Origin: Felis catus
Lineage: Eukaryota
Assembly: GCF_018350175.1 (NCBI RefSeq)
Contig: NC_058383.1
Coordinates: 21,640,001-21,704,000 of the forward strand
Direction: 5' to 3'
DNA length: 64,000 nucleotides
The notes under the pieces: generated by a model
The model's database searches: none
Seen by the model: the letters and a program-made list of their open reading frames with translations, nothing else
Told to the model about the DNA's origin: nothing
Made by a program: the position numbers and the translations under genes
Part shown: in pieces, positions 60,991-64,000 of the stretch
How positions within the stretch are numbered: position 1 is the stretch's first letter
How the letters are laid out: each line of letters opens with the position of its first letter

Positions 60991-61797
60991 ACAGACTTTT
61001 AAAAAAGTATATCTCAATTTGAAATGTTACATTACAGGTACGTTACTTTTACAAATTAGTACCAAAGAAATGTTTAAAACTCCATAATGTCCAGGATTTG
61101 CTTTCACTACTCCAAGCCCCACCCCATCCCCCCAAAAAAGGAAAAGAGAAAAGTGCAACATGATTGGCACGTTGGCAACTGCTGAAACTGAGTAATAGGT
61201 GCCTGTAGCTTCTGTGTTCTGTTCTTATCTGTGTATGTTTGAAATTTTCCATAATAAAAGACAAAAACAAGTTACAAGCCTCCACACCAATGATTAAAGG
61301 CAAGGCAATATGGAGAGAGATTAGAGATGGGAGGAAGGAGCAAAAGTGTAAGAACAGGAGTAGTGGGAGCAGGAAGAGAATGGGTAAGGCGAGTGCCCAT
61401 GATGGCAAGCAGGACACAGCCAGGATCAAGAACGCCCTTCCTCGTCCTGCTCTTCCTGATGCTTGATGGTCCGTTTTTGCTACATCCCCCACATGAACAT
61501 CATCAAAAGTAATCACTTCCAAAGGATACTCTTGTAAACTGCTGTGGGGAGTATGGACTAATAGAGCCCACAGGTGAACAATTTGTAAGTATCTAATATC
61601 AAATTTTCAAATGTCACTATGTTATGATCCATAGATTCCAATCTAAGCCCATAAAAAAGAAATTGTACAAAAACAGATACTGCAAAAGAGCCTAAAACCC
61701 AATCAACAGAGAAAAGTTAAACACACCATAATGTACTCTTACCATGGAATCCCACCCAGTAGTTTAAGAAACGAAAGGGGGTTGTAGACTTCTACAG

Positions 61798-62306
61798 TAT
61801 GCAGGAAAGAGTTGACACAGCAGGTCTGAGACGGTGATCCTTAGAAAGGTTGGCCCTCGGCTGGTGTCAAGGAAGCTGGGTTCCAGAGAGGTTCCCACCA
61901 TTCCCTAACTGATAATGGTAAACCGTACAAGCCATACAGATCATGCTGAAAAGGCACAGCTGTGCTTTCCTTTTGGGAATCTGGAATTTTGGTACATGTT
62001 GGCAGACAGCACCTCTGTGACCAACCCCTGACAGGAACCTTGGGCACTGAATTTCTAAGGAGCTTTCCTGGTAGACATTTTACACATGTTGTCACAATTT
62101 GGTGCTAGAAAATGAAGCATGCCCTGTGTGACACGACAGGGAGAGAGCTCTTGGAACTTGCACCTAGTTTCCTCTGGATTTTGCCCAGTGTGCCTTTTCT
62201 CTTTGCTGATAGTTTTGCTGTAATAAATCACAGCCACGAGTACCACTAGATGCTGAATCCCAGGGAATCATCAAACCTGAAGGTGGTCTTGGGGACCACC
62301 TGACCA
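61798..62306 (+). mobile_element. Solo LTR, MER68-like (ERVL)
   Basis: Starts tatgcaggaaagagttgacacagcaggtctgagac...atccttagaaagg; has an internal aataaa near 62222; ends ggtcttggggaccacctgacc; resembles the recalled MER68 consensus. Confidence 0.75.
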
Positions 62307-63581
62307 ACATGGCTTTACAGAGAAAGGTCTCTAAGACACATTGCCGAGTCAAAAGAAGGTCAACATTCAGATCACTAAATCATTTGTTAGAAAAACAAAA
62401 AGAAAATCCCACTAAAAGGCACACATTTTCCACAGTACAGTAGGGAAGCAGAGGGGAGCAGACCCTCAAGGTACCCAGTTGACTCTGCACCCAAAATTAT
62501 TTATAATTTGGTAGAAACAACTGAACACACGTAAAATAAGGAAACAAGCCACCATCTGGTAGAGGCTGTGAGCAAGTTTAGGAAAATAAGACGTGCATAC
62601 GAGCTGTTACAGCTATGGAAAGCTTCAAGAAGGTGATCTTAAAGGATCCTGAAGAGTCTTCCACAGATAGAGAGGTGGGCCTTTCAGGCAAGGGAGGACA
62701 GAAAGGCACAGCCACAGCAAAGCATAGAGATTTGTTAGCATGGTGATTTCAGGGACCAGTACTCAGAGGAAATTTCAGAAAAAAGGAGGAAAAGTTAGAT
62801 AAAAGTAGGAAATAAATTGCTAAATAGGGTGACAAGCCTCTTGCAATACTTAGAGTAAATATGCAATGTCCTGAGCCACAGCGGTGGACCGGAAATGAAA
62901 AGCAAAGATCACCACACCAAGGTAACCATAAGAAGTTGGAATAGTTGATGGTATTAGTAAGAATGATAAGAGAAGCATGTTAATGATGATACCTCCAGAT
63001 TTTAGAGAGCAAACATTTAAAAGTGGAGGCTCTGGTGTTGAGATGGTAATTCCATAATGGGGCAAGAGGTTGTATCTTGCTTCACAGAATAGAAGATTGG
63101 TGGGGGGGCAGCTTTCCACAGGGCCTAACTAGCCTGCCAGTCAGCAACCTACCATAAGCCAGCTCATCACCACACAGAAGCCAGCTGTACGTGACAAGCT
63201 GGTTATGAAAACATATTTCACATCTCCTGCCAAAAATGCTGTTCTCCTACTTTTCCCCTTACTGTCTATTCTATTTTCTCCCAGCCTTCCTGCTTCCCCT
63301 TTTTCTATCTGCTTGCCAACCCTCCCTTTTCTTTTCTCCTTCTCGTCCTCCTACACGTAAATTAATCACCAAAGCCAGTCTAGCACTACACAGTACAAAG
63401 TCACTAGTAACCTTCAAAACAATAATTTCACCACATAGTAGAGATGGAAACCCAAATGCAGCAAAAATAGGTAAGAATGAAATCAGGGGTTTGGACAAGT
63501 TTTTCAAAAACTTTGGCAGTGATATAAAGACAACACAATAAAAATGAAGTTTTCTGGATTGTTTTTAAAATAAGAAGACTA

Positions 63582-63790
63582 GGGGCGCCTGGATGGCTCA
63601 GTCGGTTGAGCATCTGACTCCTGATTTCGACTCAGATCATGATCTCACAGTTCAGTTTGTGAGATTGAGCCCCATATGATGGCTCAAACCCTGTGTCCGT
63701 GCTGTCAGTGTGGAGCCTACTTGGGATTCTTTCTCTCTGCCCCTTCTCCCTTGCTCTCTCTCAAAATAAACAAACATATAAAATAAAATA
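63582..63790 (+). mobile_element. Can-SINE
   Basis: ggggcgcctggatggctcagtcggttgagc head, (CT)n segment and A tail. Confidence 0.92.
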
Positions 63791-64000
63791 AAGACTGGAA
63801 CTTATTTGCAGATAAAAGGGGCTAGGGAATATAAGTATCAGAGAAAGTGACAGCAGATGGGGTGACACAAGACAGCCTAGTTTAGAGTCACAGGCAGTTT
63901 AATAGTCACACATACTGAAGGAGTTCAATAAAAGTGATACATCCATAAAATGAAATACCACGCAGCTATAAAACAGGTAAGATATCCATGTTCTGGTATG

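Noticed and set aside
55626..64000. Search for the first coding exons, a CpG-island promoter, or the TTTTA/TTTCA repeat known from human TNRC6A
   Set aside because: None seen; the segment appears to be repeat-rich intron.
1..64000. tRNA, snoRNA or miRNA genes, CRISPR arrays or prokaryotic systems
   Set aside because: The tRNA-like A/B boxes all belong to SINEs. I recognised no structured RNA gene or spacer array by eye; an Infernal/Rfam scan would be decisive.

Overview
Mammalian genomic DNA, almost certainly felid (about two dozen carnivore tRNA-derived Can-SINEs, the youngest SINEC_Fc-like). The whole window lies inside TNRC6A (GW182/TNGW1, the Argonaute-binding scaffold of miRNA silencing) on the minus strand. 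I resolved 15 consecutive coding exons from 55625 down to 1173. All are bounded by AG/GT, their phases are compatible, and they sum to 4463 nt of open frame; they probably correspond to human exons 3-17. The first exons and the C-terminal silencing domain (PAM2/RRM) lie outside the window. The introns are mostly transposon-derived: SINEs with TSDs, MIR, old L1, hAT elements, a MER68-like solo LTR, and an internally deleted two-LTR ERV-L provirus with integrase/dUTPase remnants and a CTCF-like motif. I see no convincing wholly new system. The best leads are: a cryptic 83-nt exon with overlapping stop/start codons that could swap the N-terminus; a similar arrangement beside the lysine-rich exon; the NLS isolated on a skippable 33-nt microexon with a hairpin at the upstream donor; and near-identical inverted SINEs. 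Repeat family names and human comparisons are from memory, not from searches.
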